Of a DNA stretch of 64,000 nt, positions 35,223 to 43,093 are shown in pieces. The notes beneath the pieces were generated by a model. The model was given only the letters and a program-made list of their open reading frames with translations, had not been told where the DNA came from and searched no databases. This stretch comes from Verrucomicrobia bacterium ADurb.Bin006 (GTDB lineage Bacteria; Verrucomicrobiota; Verrucomicrobiia; Limisphaerales; J093). Numbering within the stretch: position 1 is the first letter of the stretch; the number at the start of each line of letters is the position of its first letter. The stretch covers positions 31,424 to 95,423 of the forward strand of contig MWFF01000197.1 of the NCBI GenBank assembly GCA_002071485.1, read 5' to 3'. The translations under genes were made by a program, and so were the position numbers.

Positions 35223-35620
35223 TCATTCCATGGTGCAGCCGACGATCGCGAAGTGCGGCACAACGCCGGGACTGGCCACAGCGATGAACCGCGAAAAGAC
35301 CTCGGCGTTCATTGTGAGGGCGGTCTGACCCAAGGCGAGAGCCTCCAGTTCAAGGGAGATGCGGGCCGTTCTGCGCGATGCAGTCCGCTCTTCAGCATGT
35401 GGTGTCAAGTCTCGATTGCCAGTTGAAACTTGTCCCCAAAGCGTGGAGGGAATCGAGCACGGCGGTTGCAGGCTGCAGGCGCACGGCGAATTCAGCCAGT
35501 TCGATGCCGGGCTCGGGTGTGATATCGAGTTGGGCTGTGCCGACAAGCACCTCAGAGTTGCATCCGGACGGCTTTTGCTTCTCAAGCCCGCACAGCAGTC
35601 CTGTAGCGGAGTCTGAGTGC
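35223..35620 (-). pseudogene. Possible multi-frameshifted gene remnant
   Basis: One minus-strand frame reads ...ATGLLCGLEKQKPSGCNSEVLVGTAQLDITPEPGIELAEFAVRLQPATAVLDSLHA... and then hits a stop. Coding-looking sequence continues in another frame (...LELEALALGQTALTMNAEVFSRFIAVASPGVVPHFAIVGCTME*). I found no usable start codon. From memory only, the 'VG.A..DITP..G..LAG/EF' opening resembles ceramidase-like N-termini. Confidence 0.25.
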
Positions 35621-35652
35621 CATGTGCACCAGAGGGGTGCGAAATATGAAGG

Positions 35653-37167
35653 CTAGAGGGGGAGTGTCACCTCGAAACAGGTCCTGCCGGGGCGGCTCTC
35701 GACAAGAACCAGGCGCCCGCGGTGGGCGTGCAGAATCTCGCGCGCGAGGCTCAAACCCAATCCCAGGCCGACCTGAGCTCCGGTGCGCGTCTGATCGGCG
35801 CGATAGAATCGCTCGAAGACACGGGGTTGATCGGACGGCTGTATGCCCGGTCCGCTGTTGCAGACCGTGAGGAGGGCTTGGGTGTCTCCGGCTTCGAGTG
35901 CGACAGCGAGCGCCCCGCCCGGTTCGTTGTATTTGACGGCGTTGCGGAGCAGGTTGAGCAGAGCCATCTGCAGAAGGCTGCGATCGGCCTGAACTCGCAC
36001 ATGCGGCCTGATGCGAACGTCAAACGCGAGGTTCGAGTCGCCGGCAAGGACGCGAGCGTCCTCGATCAGTCCTTCGAGTTCTGCGCTCAAGTCCACATCC
36101 TCGATCGCGAGCTGGAGTTGGCCGGCATCGGCCTGGGAGAGCAGCAGCAGGCCGCGGGTGATTCTCTTCAGCCGTTGAGTTTCCTCGAGCAGGTTGCCAA
36201 AGACCTGTTGGACGGGGGAGCCCGGCTCGGCCGCCTGAAGCGCGTTCTCGAGTTCGCCCTGCATCACCGCCAACGGCGTCTTGAGTTCGTGCGAGGCGTC
36301 GGCGCTGAAACGGATCGCCTGGCGGAAGCTCGCTTCCAGCCGGTCCATCATCCCGTTGAGCACACGGACCAGACGCGTGATTTCGACGTCGCTGCCCGAC
36401 GCGGGAATGCGCTTGTCCAGTCCCTGCGCTGTCACCCCTTCAGCCATAGCGCTGATGGTGTTCAAAGGACGCAGGGCGCGCCCCGCCACCAGCCAGCCGC
36501 CGCTGGCCACCAGCAGGAGAGCAAGCGGCAAGGTCACGGCGAAGATATTCCGCATCCGGTTCAACTCGGCCTGGACCTGGTCGAAGTTGAGCCCGACGAC
36601 CAGGCGCACTTCGTTGCTGCCCAGAATGCCCAGCCGCCACGCCGAATCGCCGGCCCGGACTGTGAAGAAACGGGGAATCTTGGTGAACAGGACGGAGGTG
36701 CCACCACCGCCGGGGCCAAGACCACGTCCCATGCCGCCGCGCCCTCCGCCGCCGCCCGGGCGCCACGGCGGTCCGCGCGGCGACGGGGGCGGATTCGTGG
36801 CGATGTGGTTGGGCGCTGCCGGATCGTCTTCGAGGGAACAATCGATTTGCGTCGGATCGAGACCATCTGGCCAGGCGGGTGAAACGTACAGGTCTTGGCC
36901 TTGCGCATCCCGGACGAGCAGGAGGATGCGGCCTTTATGTTCCTCGCCAAAGATGAACTCGATCGAGCTTTGGAGCCGGTCGAAACTGCCGCGGTTGGCG
37001 AGCCAACCGGGATGGCGCGCTCCAAGACTCCGGATCTCCGTGTCCACCGCCTCCACCTTCTGGCGGTGGAGCAAATACCAGGTCGCCACGCCGAACCCGC
37101 CCAGGACAAGCCCGGAAATGAGGGCGGAGAGCAGCGCGATCCTGAACCGGAACGAAACTGGCTTCAT
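35653..37167 (-). CDS. Sensor histidine kinase (two TM segments, HAMP, HisKA, HATPase_c)
   Basis: Start at MKPVSFRFRIALLSALISGLVLGGFGVATWYLL. H-box ADASHELKTPLAVMQGELE, N/G boxes ...LLNLLRNAVKYN...GLGLGLSLAREIL. The ATGA overlap with the regulator stop (37164-37167) supports this start rather than the tracked 37305. Confidence 0.85.
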   Translation of the reverse strand: MKPVSFRFRIALLSALISGLVLGGFGVATWYLLHRQKVEAVDTEIRSLGARHPGWLANRGSFDRLQSSIEFIFGEEHKGRILLLVRDAQGQDLYVSPAWPDGLDPTQIDCSLEDDPAAPNHIATNPPPSPRGPPWRPGGGGGRGGMGRGLGPGGGGTSVLFTKIPRFFTVRAGDSAWRLGILGSNEVRLVVGLNFDQVQAELNRMRNIFAVTLPLALLLVASGGWLVAGRALRPLNTISAMAEGVTAQGLDKRIPASGSDVEITRLVRVLNGMMDRLEASFRQAIRFSADASHELKTPLAVMQGELENALQAAEPGSPVQQVFGNLLEETQRLKRITRGLLLLSQADAGQLQLAIEDVDLSAELEGLIEDARVLAGDSNLAFDVRIRPHVRVQADRSLLQMALLNLLRNAVKYNEPGGALAVALEAGDTQALLTVCNSGPGIQPSDQPRVFERFYRADQTRTGAQVGLGLGLSLAREILHAHRGRLVLVESRPGRTCFEVTLPL

Positions 37168-37865
37168 GGCCGGGGTTTGAGGCGATACCCCACGCCGCGG
37201 ACGGTCTCGATCAGTTTGACCGGCGCTTCGGCGTCCACTTTCTTGCGCAAACGCTGGATATAGACCTCGACGAGGTTGGTCCCCGGATCGAAATCGTACT
37301 CCCACACCCGTTCACAGATTTGCGCCCGCGTCAGCACCCGCCCTGGCGAGCGCATCAGATGTTCGAGCAGGGTGAACTCGCGTGGGGTCAATTCGATGGC
37401 GGCTTCACCCCGTTTCACTTCGCGAGTCAAGAGGTTCATCGACAAATCCCCGACGCTGAGAATGCCCTGGGGCGTGCCCGCGGCCCTCCGCGTGACGGCG
37501 TGAATGCGGGCGACCAGCTCTTCGATGTAAAACGGCTTTGTCAGATAGTCGTCCGCTCCAAGATTCAATCCCTCGAGCCGTTCGTTGAGTTCGCCGCGGG
37601 CCGTAAGCAGGATGACCGGCAGCGGAATCTTCCGGTCGCGCAGGTTGCGTAGAATGCTCAGGCCGTCGCGCCCGGGCAGCATGATATCGAACACCGCCAC
37701 ATCGTACGGGCGGCTTGTGGCCAGCATGTAGCCTTCGTCGCCGTGATGCGACACCTCGACCACGAACCCCTCCGCTTCAAGTCCTTTGCGAACAAAGGAG
37801 GCGATCTTCTTCTCGTCCTCGATGACCAGCACCTTCACAACGTTTGAACCGAAGCGGCCGACCAT
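37164..37865 (-). CDS. OmpR-family response regulator
   Basis: VKVLVIEDEKKIASFVRKGL...DVAVFDIMLPGRDGLSIL...LLTARGEL...GADDYLTKPF (receiver domain), plus LTPREFTLLEHLMR...LVEVYIQRLRKKVD...IETVRGVGYRL (winged helix). Confidence 0.9.
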   Translation of the reverse strand: MVGRFGSNVVKVLVIEDEKKIASFVRKGLEAEGFVVEVSHHGDEGYMLATSRPYDVAVFDIMLPGRDGLSILRNLRDRKIPLPVILLTARGELNERLEGLNLGADDYLTKPFYIEELVARIHAVTRRAAGTPQGILSVGDLSMNLLTREVKRGEAAIELTPREFTLLEHLMRSPGRVLTRAQICERVWEYDFDPGTNLVEVYIQRLRKKVDAEAPVKLIETVRGVGYRLKPRP

Positions 37866-38074
37866 GTTGTGCCGGGCGCGTGTCTGCCGCGCGCCGTTCG
37901 CGGTCGTTCCGCCGCGGCCGACTCTGCGCGTCCGCCGTGTGCTGTCAATACCCTGAGGGAGGGCTCGCCGCATGTTTCACCCTTGATTTTGCGGACGCGC
38001 GGGCGTGAAATGACTGCGATGAAAGCCGTGGTGGCTCTTCAGTCCTCGAACGTCAATAGACAATCTGGCATGGC

Positions 38075-39460
38075 ATGAAAACGCCCTGCGCCGATCCCAC
38101 TGGACATGCTGCTCGTCGCCTCGAGAACTTGAGGCCGGCGTTGAATCGCCGCTCTTTCCTCCAACACTCGCTCGTCCTTGCGGGCGGCTGCGCCGCCGGG
38201 CTGCGCGCGGCGACCGCGCCCGACGGTCTGGATCGGCTCAAGCCGATCGGCCAGGGAAAAGGGGTTCATCCGGGCCGCGTGGTCTGGGTGCATGATCCCG
38301 GAGTCACGGACTGGAAAGGCCCGGGCGACGGGCATTGGTGGGAGGGCGACCGGGTGAAACAGGGGCGCGTCGACGCGATGCTGGCGCGCGCGGTGTGCGA
38401 ACTGACCGGTGAGGCGACGGTGTCCAGGGCGTGGGCCCGGCTGTTTCGCCATTTCAACCAGTCGCGCGGCAAAGGCGACGTGGGCTATCGCGCCGGCGAG
38501 CGGGTGATGATCAAGCCCAACTGGGTGGGATTGATCTACCTCGAGGGGCATGTCAACACGGACACCTACACGTTTATCCGACGGCACGACTACATGAACA
38601 CCGCGCCGCAGATGATCATCGCCCTGCTGGATCAACTGGTCCGCGTCGGTGTGCGCCCCGGCGACATCACGGTCGGCGACACGCTGGCTTGCCTGGTGCA
38701 CGAGTATTACAGCCTGCTCCATGGCGCGTTTCCAGAGGTTTGCTACGAGGACTGCGAAGGCAAATTCGACCGGATTAAGTCCAAGCCATCGGCCGTGCCG
38801 CTCTTCTGGAGCAGTCGTCCTGAGGGCAAGACTGGGGACAGCGTCCCGACATCGTTTGCCGAGGCGGACTACCTGATTAACTTCGCGTGTCTGAAAGCGC
38901 ACACGGCCGGCGGTGTGACGTTGTGCGCCAAGAACCACTATGGCTCGCTGGTGCGCTGGCCGGTGCAGAAGGGCTACTACGACATGCACCCCAACTGTTT
39001 CGCCACGCAAACGGGCGTGTATCGCCCGCTGGTGGACCTGATGGGTCATGCGCACCTCGGGGGCAAGACGGTGCTTCACCTCATCGACGGCCTGTTCTCC
39101 GGGGCGCATCCTCGCGACGCGGTCCCGCAGCGCATGGAGATGCCGCCGTTCCTCGGGCACTGGCCGTGCAGCCTTCTGGCATCGCAGGATCCGGTGGCCA
39201 TCGATTCCGTCGGCTTCGATTTCCTGTGGAGCGAACGCACGGATTTCCCGCGCAAAGGCGGGGTGGATGATTATCTGCACGAGGCAGCGCTCGCGGCTGA
39301 CCCCCCCTCGGGGACGTTCTACGACCCGAACCACGGCACCCCGACCCGGCGGTTGGCGAGCCTGGGCGTCCATGAGCACTGGAACAATCCCGAGGAGAAG
39401 AAGTACTCGCGCAACCTTGGCACGGGCGAGGGCATCGAACTGGTCAAGGCCGACGCCTGA
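38075..39460 (+). CDS. Tat-signal DUF362 domain protein
   Basis: Twin-arginine motif NRRSFLQHSLVLAGG. DUF362-type motifs GERVMIKPNWVG and NFACLKAHTAGGVTLCAKNHYG. Confidence 0.75.
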   Translation: MKTPCADPTGHAARRLENLRPALNRRSFLQHSLVLAGGCAAGLRAATAPDGLDRLKPIGQGKGVHPGRVVWVHDPGVTDWKGPGDGHWWEGDRVKQGRVDAMLARAVCELTGEATVSRAWARLFRHFNQSRGKGDVGYRAGERVMIKPNWVGLIYLEGHVNTDTYTFIRRHDYMNTAPQMIIALLDQLVRVGVRPGDITVGDTLACLVHEYYSLLHGAFPEVCYEDCEGKFDRIKSKPSAVPLFWSSRPEGKTGDSVPTSFAEADYLINFACLKAHTAGGVTLCAKNHYGSLVRWPVQKGYYDMHPNCFATQTGVYRPLVDLMGHAHLGGKTVLHLIDGLFSGAHPRDAVPQRMEMPPFLGHWPCSLLASQDPVAIDSVGFDFLWSERTDFPRKGGVDDYLHEAALAADPPSGTFYDPNHGTPTRRLASLGVHEHWNNPEEKKYSRNLGTGEGIELVKADA

Positions 39461-39679
39461 CACAGCGGGTTGCAGGCAAACAGAATGGGGGCGCATCCCT
39501 CCAGGGCGAACCGTTGCCTCGATCACTCTGGCGCCGGGCCTACAACGGATGATTCCCACCGACAACCTTCAGATGCATCGGCCCGCGCTCACACTTCGAA
39601 CCAGAGGTTGATTTCCCCGGTGGATACTGATTCACTCTCCGGTCAAGCATCCGCCGTATGGCGACAGCCGGACTCTCGT

Positions 39680-40729
39680 ATGAAAGCATCATCTATCATT
39701 CTGACCGCACTGTGTGTGACCATCGCGCTTCGAGCGCAGTCGGACGACCTTGACCCGCGCAACTGGATTGGGCACGACCGCACACGCCCACTGCCGCCGG
39801 TGGTGGACCCCGGTGTTGGCAGCACGCCGGACCAGGCCGGCAAGGCGCCATCGGACGCCATCGTCCTCTTTGACGGCACGAATCTCTCGAAATGGGTGGC
39901 GATGAACGGGGAGCCGACCAAGTGGATCGTGAAAGATGGCGCGATGGAGTGTGTGCCAGGCAGCGGGTATGTGCGGACCCTCCAGTGTTTCGGCGACGCC
40001 CAGGTGCACGTGGAATTCGCCAGCCCCGCCAAACCCGAGGGCTCGGGCCAGGGCCGGGGCAACAGCGGGTTCTTCTTCGGCGGCATGCGCTACGAGATTC
40101 AGGTGCTGGACAGCTACCAGAACGACACGTACGCCGACGGCTCGTGCGCTTCGATTTACAATCAGTACCCGCCGCTTGTGAACGCCTCGCGTCCGCCGGG
40201 CCAGTGGCAGAGCTACGATATCCTCTGGACCGCGCCCCGTTTCGAGAGCGACGGCAAGCTGCGGTCGCCGGCCCGGGTGACGCTGTTCCACAACGGCGTG
40301 CTGGTGCATCATAACGTCGAGTTGATCGGCGACACGGGCTGGGTCACGCGCGGCCCGTACCGGGCGCATCCGGAGAAGCTGCCGCTCGCGATTCAGGATC
40401 ACGGCAACCCAGTGCGCTTCCGCAACATCTGGGTGCGGGAGTTGGGCCGGCCTGGGCGCCCGGAGTTCTTCCTGGCCGACAAGGTGCTCGATGGATACGT
40501 GGGGAAGTATCAGGTGAACAGGAACTGGATCGTCGACGTCACGCGCCGCGACGGGTGTTTGTTCTTCCAATGGGCGGGAGAGGATTTCCTGGTCTTTGCC
40601 ACGTCCCCCAATCGGTTCTTCGCAAAGACCACAGACGTTCAGGTCGAGTTCAAAACGGAAAACAACGAGGACGTTGCCTACTTCTCGGTCGGCGAGGACG
40701 GGGGAATGCGGGCCAAGAAAGTGAAGTGA
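39680..40729 (+). CDS. DUF1080 (3-keto-disaccharide hydrolase family) secreted protein with C-terminal DUF3471-like module
   Basis: Start at MKASSIILTALCVTIALRAQS (signal peptide). VLFDGTNLSKWV...WIVKDGAMEC...FGDAQVHVEFASP...GNSGFFFGGMRYEIQVLDSY...YNQYPP...ARVTLFHNGVLVHHNVEL..., then VLDGYVGKYQVNRNWIVDVTRRDGCLFFQ. Confidence 0.8.
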   Translation: MKASSIILTALCVTIALRAQSDDLDPRNWIGHDRTRPLPPVVDPGVGSTPDQAGKAPSDAIVLFDGTNLSKWVAMNGEPTKWIVKDGAMECVPGSGYVRTLQCFGDAQVHVEFASPAKPEGSGQGRGNSGFFFGGMRYEIQVLDSYQNDTYADGSCASIYNQYPPLVNASRPPGQWQSYDILWTAPRFESDGKLRSPARVTLFHNGVLVHHNVELIGDTGWVTRGPYRAHPEKLPLAIQDHGNPVRFRNIWVRELGRPGRPEFFLADKVLDGYVGKYQVNRNWIVDVTRRDGCLFFQWAGEDFLVFATSPNRFFAKTTDVQVEFKTENNEDVAYFSVGEDGGMRAKKVK

Positions 40730-40787
40730 CCCGGATTAGAGACCAATCGGTGTTGAAGACGTTTCTCCATGAGACCAACTCGGCTGC

Positions 40788-41766
40788 ATGCTTCCAACGC
40801 GGAGGATGGTGGACGCGGTTTACCGGGCTGCAGAGGTCAAGCTCGAGCCGGCCCCGATTGCTCCGAGCCCGGCCATGACGACGGTGCCGGTGTTTATAGC
40901 GCACAACGGGATTGTGCGCACCCAGCGGCTCGAGCGCATGGCGGAGCATCCGCCCGGGGCGCTTGTTGCGGGCCACAAGAAGGACGTCGTGATCTCGGCC
41001 AGGCTCGATGAGGCGCCCGGCAAGGTTGCGATTTACGGATGGCATCGAATCGGCGGGGTGCCGATCCAGCCGCTCTACCTTGGCCACGGCGTGAGTTGGG
41101 TGGATTACAGCCACGGCGTGCGGTTGGTGCATCAAGCCATGCGGGTGAACGGTTCCACCACGACCGTGGCTGGGGTGCTGTCGGATCCGTGTCTTTCGGG
41201 GTTGTTCAGCGACGAAGGTGTGGTGGCGCAGCCGCGCTATGCGACGGATCGATTCCAGCCGTCGGGTCCTGGGGAGTGTCGCGCGCCTGCGGACGGACGG
41301 CCGAGATCGTGTTCGAGCCTACAACGACACCGTCGTGCTGCTCGATGGGAAGCCGTTTGTGAGTGCCGAGGGAGGGACATGTGGACGCAGCCAGGCAATG
41401 CGGACGGCTCTGAGCGCGTTGTTCGCGTTCAACAGCCGGACCAACGACGCCGGTCTTCAAACGCATTGGGGGCTGGACGGGCGCGCCCGGTTCTTGCTCA
41501 AGGGAAAGCCGGAACGCAAAGTCCTTCACACCGTCCAGGTCGGGCGCAACGGTTTCCTTCATGCCCTGGCGGTCGGGACGTCGGACGAGAACCGTGGCTG
41601 CGAGTACTTAGGAGCGAGCGTACACGCGCTGGATTTCGTCTTGAGCCGCCATTCCGAGTCACGCAGGATTCCTGCATGTTCGACACGCCAATGCCAGCCG
41701 ATCAAACTGTTCGCCAGTCATTCGTTTTGCGGGCATCGATGGGTGCGGTCAGGAAGGGCGCGATGA
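40788..41766 (+). pseudogene. Hypothetical gene apparently split by a frameshift near 41230-41300
   Basis: The 40788 frame looks coding up to about ...GLFSDEGVVAQPRYATDRFQPSG and then becomes Arg/Ser/Cys-rich. The +1 frame from about 41290 reads AYNDTVVLLDGKPFVSAEGG...RARFLLKGKPERKVLHTVQVGRNGFLHALAVGTSDENRG... Its TGA (41764-41766) overlaps the next gene's ATG (ATGA), a sign that this frame is, or was, translated. Confidence 0.35.
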
Positions 41767-42842
41767 CCCGGCGTGAGATGCTCGGGTTTCTCGCCGCCGG
41801 AATTGGCGCGCAATTCGCCAAAGCGCACGGTGCGACGGTGCGTGCACCCGGCGCGAGTGCCGAGGAGCAGGCGGGCGAGACGCCGGGGGGTGAAGCATCC
41901 GGCGGCGTCTCGAGCGCTGTCAGTGCCATGGAGGCGAAGGCGAAGGTGTTCGAGTTTCTCAGGGCGCGGGGTCATGGGTCCTATGTGTTTGGGCAGGTGG
42001 CCACGTGGGTGCACAACGAGAATCCGGATATGGATCACCCGGGCAACTGGATTCGGAAGGTGCTCGAGCACACCGGCAGAATGCCGCGGTACGGCTGCAT
42101 CACGTACGACTTTGACGATGACCCGTTCACTGACGCCGCGTGGAACGAGGGCGCGCGCAAGCTCTGGGAGCGGGGCATGATTGTCGGAATCTACAACTTC
42201 TTTGCGAACCCGAGCGGAGGCAGGTGGAACGATCCGTGCGAGATGGAGAAGATTTGGTCGCCTGACGACAATCCGGTCCGGCGCAATTTCTTTCGGCAGC
42301 TCGATCGGATGGCGGCGAATTTGCAGTGGCTGAAGGACCGCGGGATTCCGGTTGTGTACACGCCTTTTGTGGAGAGCGACGACCGGAACAAGTGGCACGC
42401 CAAGGGGGGGAGCGACGCGATCATCCGGCTCTATCGGCTGGTGCACGACTATTTCCAGGGCACGAAAAAACTCGATCACATTCTCTGGGCCTATCACACG
42501 ACGCAGAATCATGGCGCCTTGGAGCGGTGTTATCCGGGCGACGACTATGTGGATGTGCTTGGCAAATCGGCTTACGGCACGGGGTTGGTGTTTTCAGAAT
42601 ACGAGTGGGCGGTTGCGAAGAAAAAGACCGGGGGCAAGGTCATCTGGTGGGCCGAGTTGGGGATTCGCGGGAAGGGCGATCCTGCGCGCGATTGTCTGGA
42701 TGTGCTGCGCAAGCTCGAGAGCAGCTACCCTGAACTGGCTGGATTCGTCTTCTGGAGTGACGAGGGCTTCTACAACGTGGTTGGGAATCTCAACGGACGC
42801 GAGTTCATGGAGCATCCGAAGATTGTGACTCTGGGGAAGTGA
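41763..42842 (+). CDS. Tat-signal glycoside hydrolase, GH26-like
   Basis: MTRREMLGFLAAGIGAQFAKAHG (Tat-like). GH26-type motifs: IPVVYTPFVESDDRNKWHAKGG (acid/base Glu region), ILWAYHTTQN...YPGDDYVDVLGKSAY, and KVIWWAELGIRG (nucleophile Glu region). Confidence 0.72.
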   Translation: MTRREMLGFLAAGIGAQFAKAHGATVRAPGASAEEQAGETPGGEASGGVSSAVSAMEAKAKVFEFLRARGHGSYVFGQVATWVHNENPDMDHPGNWIRKVLEHTGRMPRYGCITYDFDDDPFTDAAWNEGARKLWERGMIVGIYNFFANPSGGRWNDPCEMEKIWSPDDNPVRRNFFRQLDRMAANLQWLKDRGIPVVYTPFVESDDRNKWHAKGGSDAIIRLYRLVHDYFQGTKKLDHILWAYHTTQNHGALERCYPGDDYVDVLGKSAYGTGLVFSEYEWAVAKKKTGGKVIWWAELGIRGKGDPARDCLDVLRKLESSYPELAGFVFWSDEGFYNVVGNLNGREFMEHPKIVTLGK

Positions 42843-42867
42843 AGTGACCGCGCCGGCATGTTGCGGA

Positions 42868-43082
42868 GGGGCGACGGCCTCGTCGCCCCAAACTCCTTCA
42901 AAAACACTCTTCGGCGGGGGACGAGCCGTCTCCCCCTCCAACGTTCGGTTCATGGAGAGCGTTGACATTCAAAGACGTAATGCGCACGGGGACCATGAAC
43001 CGATTTGTAGCCGCCGACGTGAGTCGGCGCTGATTTCTGCTTTTGACGGAGCGAGATGGCGCGGACTCACGTCCGCGGCTAC
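42868..43082. repeat. Composite structured intergenic repeat, copy R3 (between convergent genes)
   Basis: Hairpin GGGGCGACG-GCCT-CGTCGCCCC (42868-42889). Hairpin GGGGGACG-AGC-CGTCTCCCCC (42916-42936). Core GGTTCATGGAGAGCGTTGACATTCAAAGACGTAATGCGCACGGGGACCATGAACC (42947-43001) with 9-bp terminal inverted repeats. Long hairpin GTAGCCGCCGACGTGAGTCGGCGC ... GCGCGGACTCACGTCCGCGGCTAC (43007-43082; 24-nt arms, 2 mismatches). Confidence 0.65.
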
Positions 43083-43093
43083 GGAACCACGGG

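Noticed and set aside
38039-39565. Minus-strand 508-aa ORF
   Set aside because: It is antisense to the Tat-DUF362 gene, which has clear family motifs. Its translation is Arg/Ala/Pro-rich without motifs.
40788-42842. Reading the 684-aa ORF as one protein
   Set aside because: A Tat-type signal (MTRREMLGFLAAG) and the GH26-like domain start at codon 326. The ~160 codons before it are compositionally non-coding. I therefore split it into a damaged upstream gene and the GH26-like gene.
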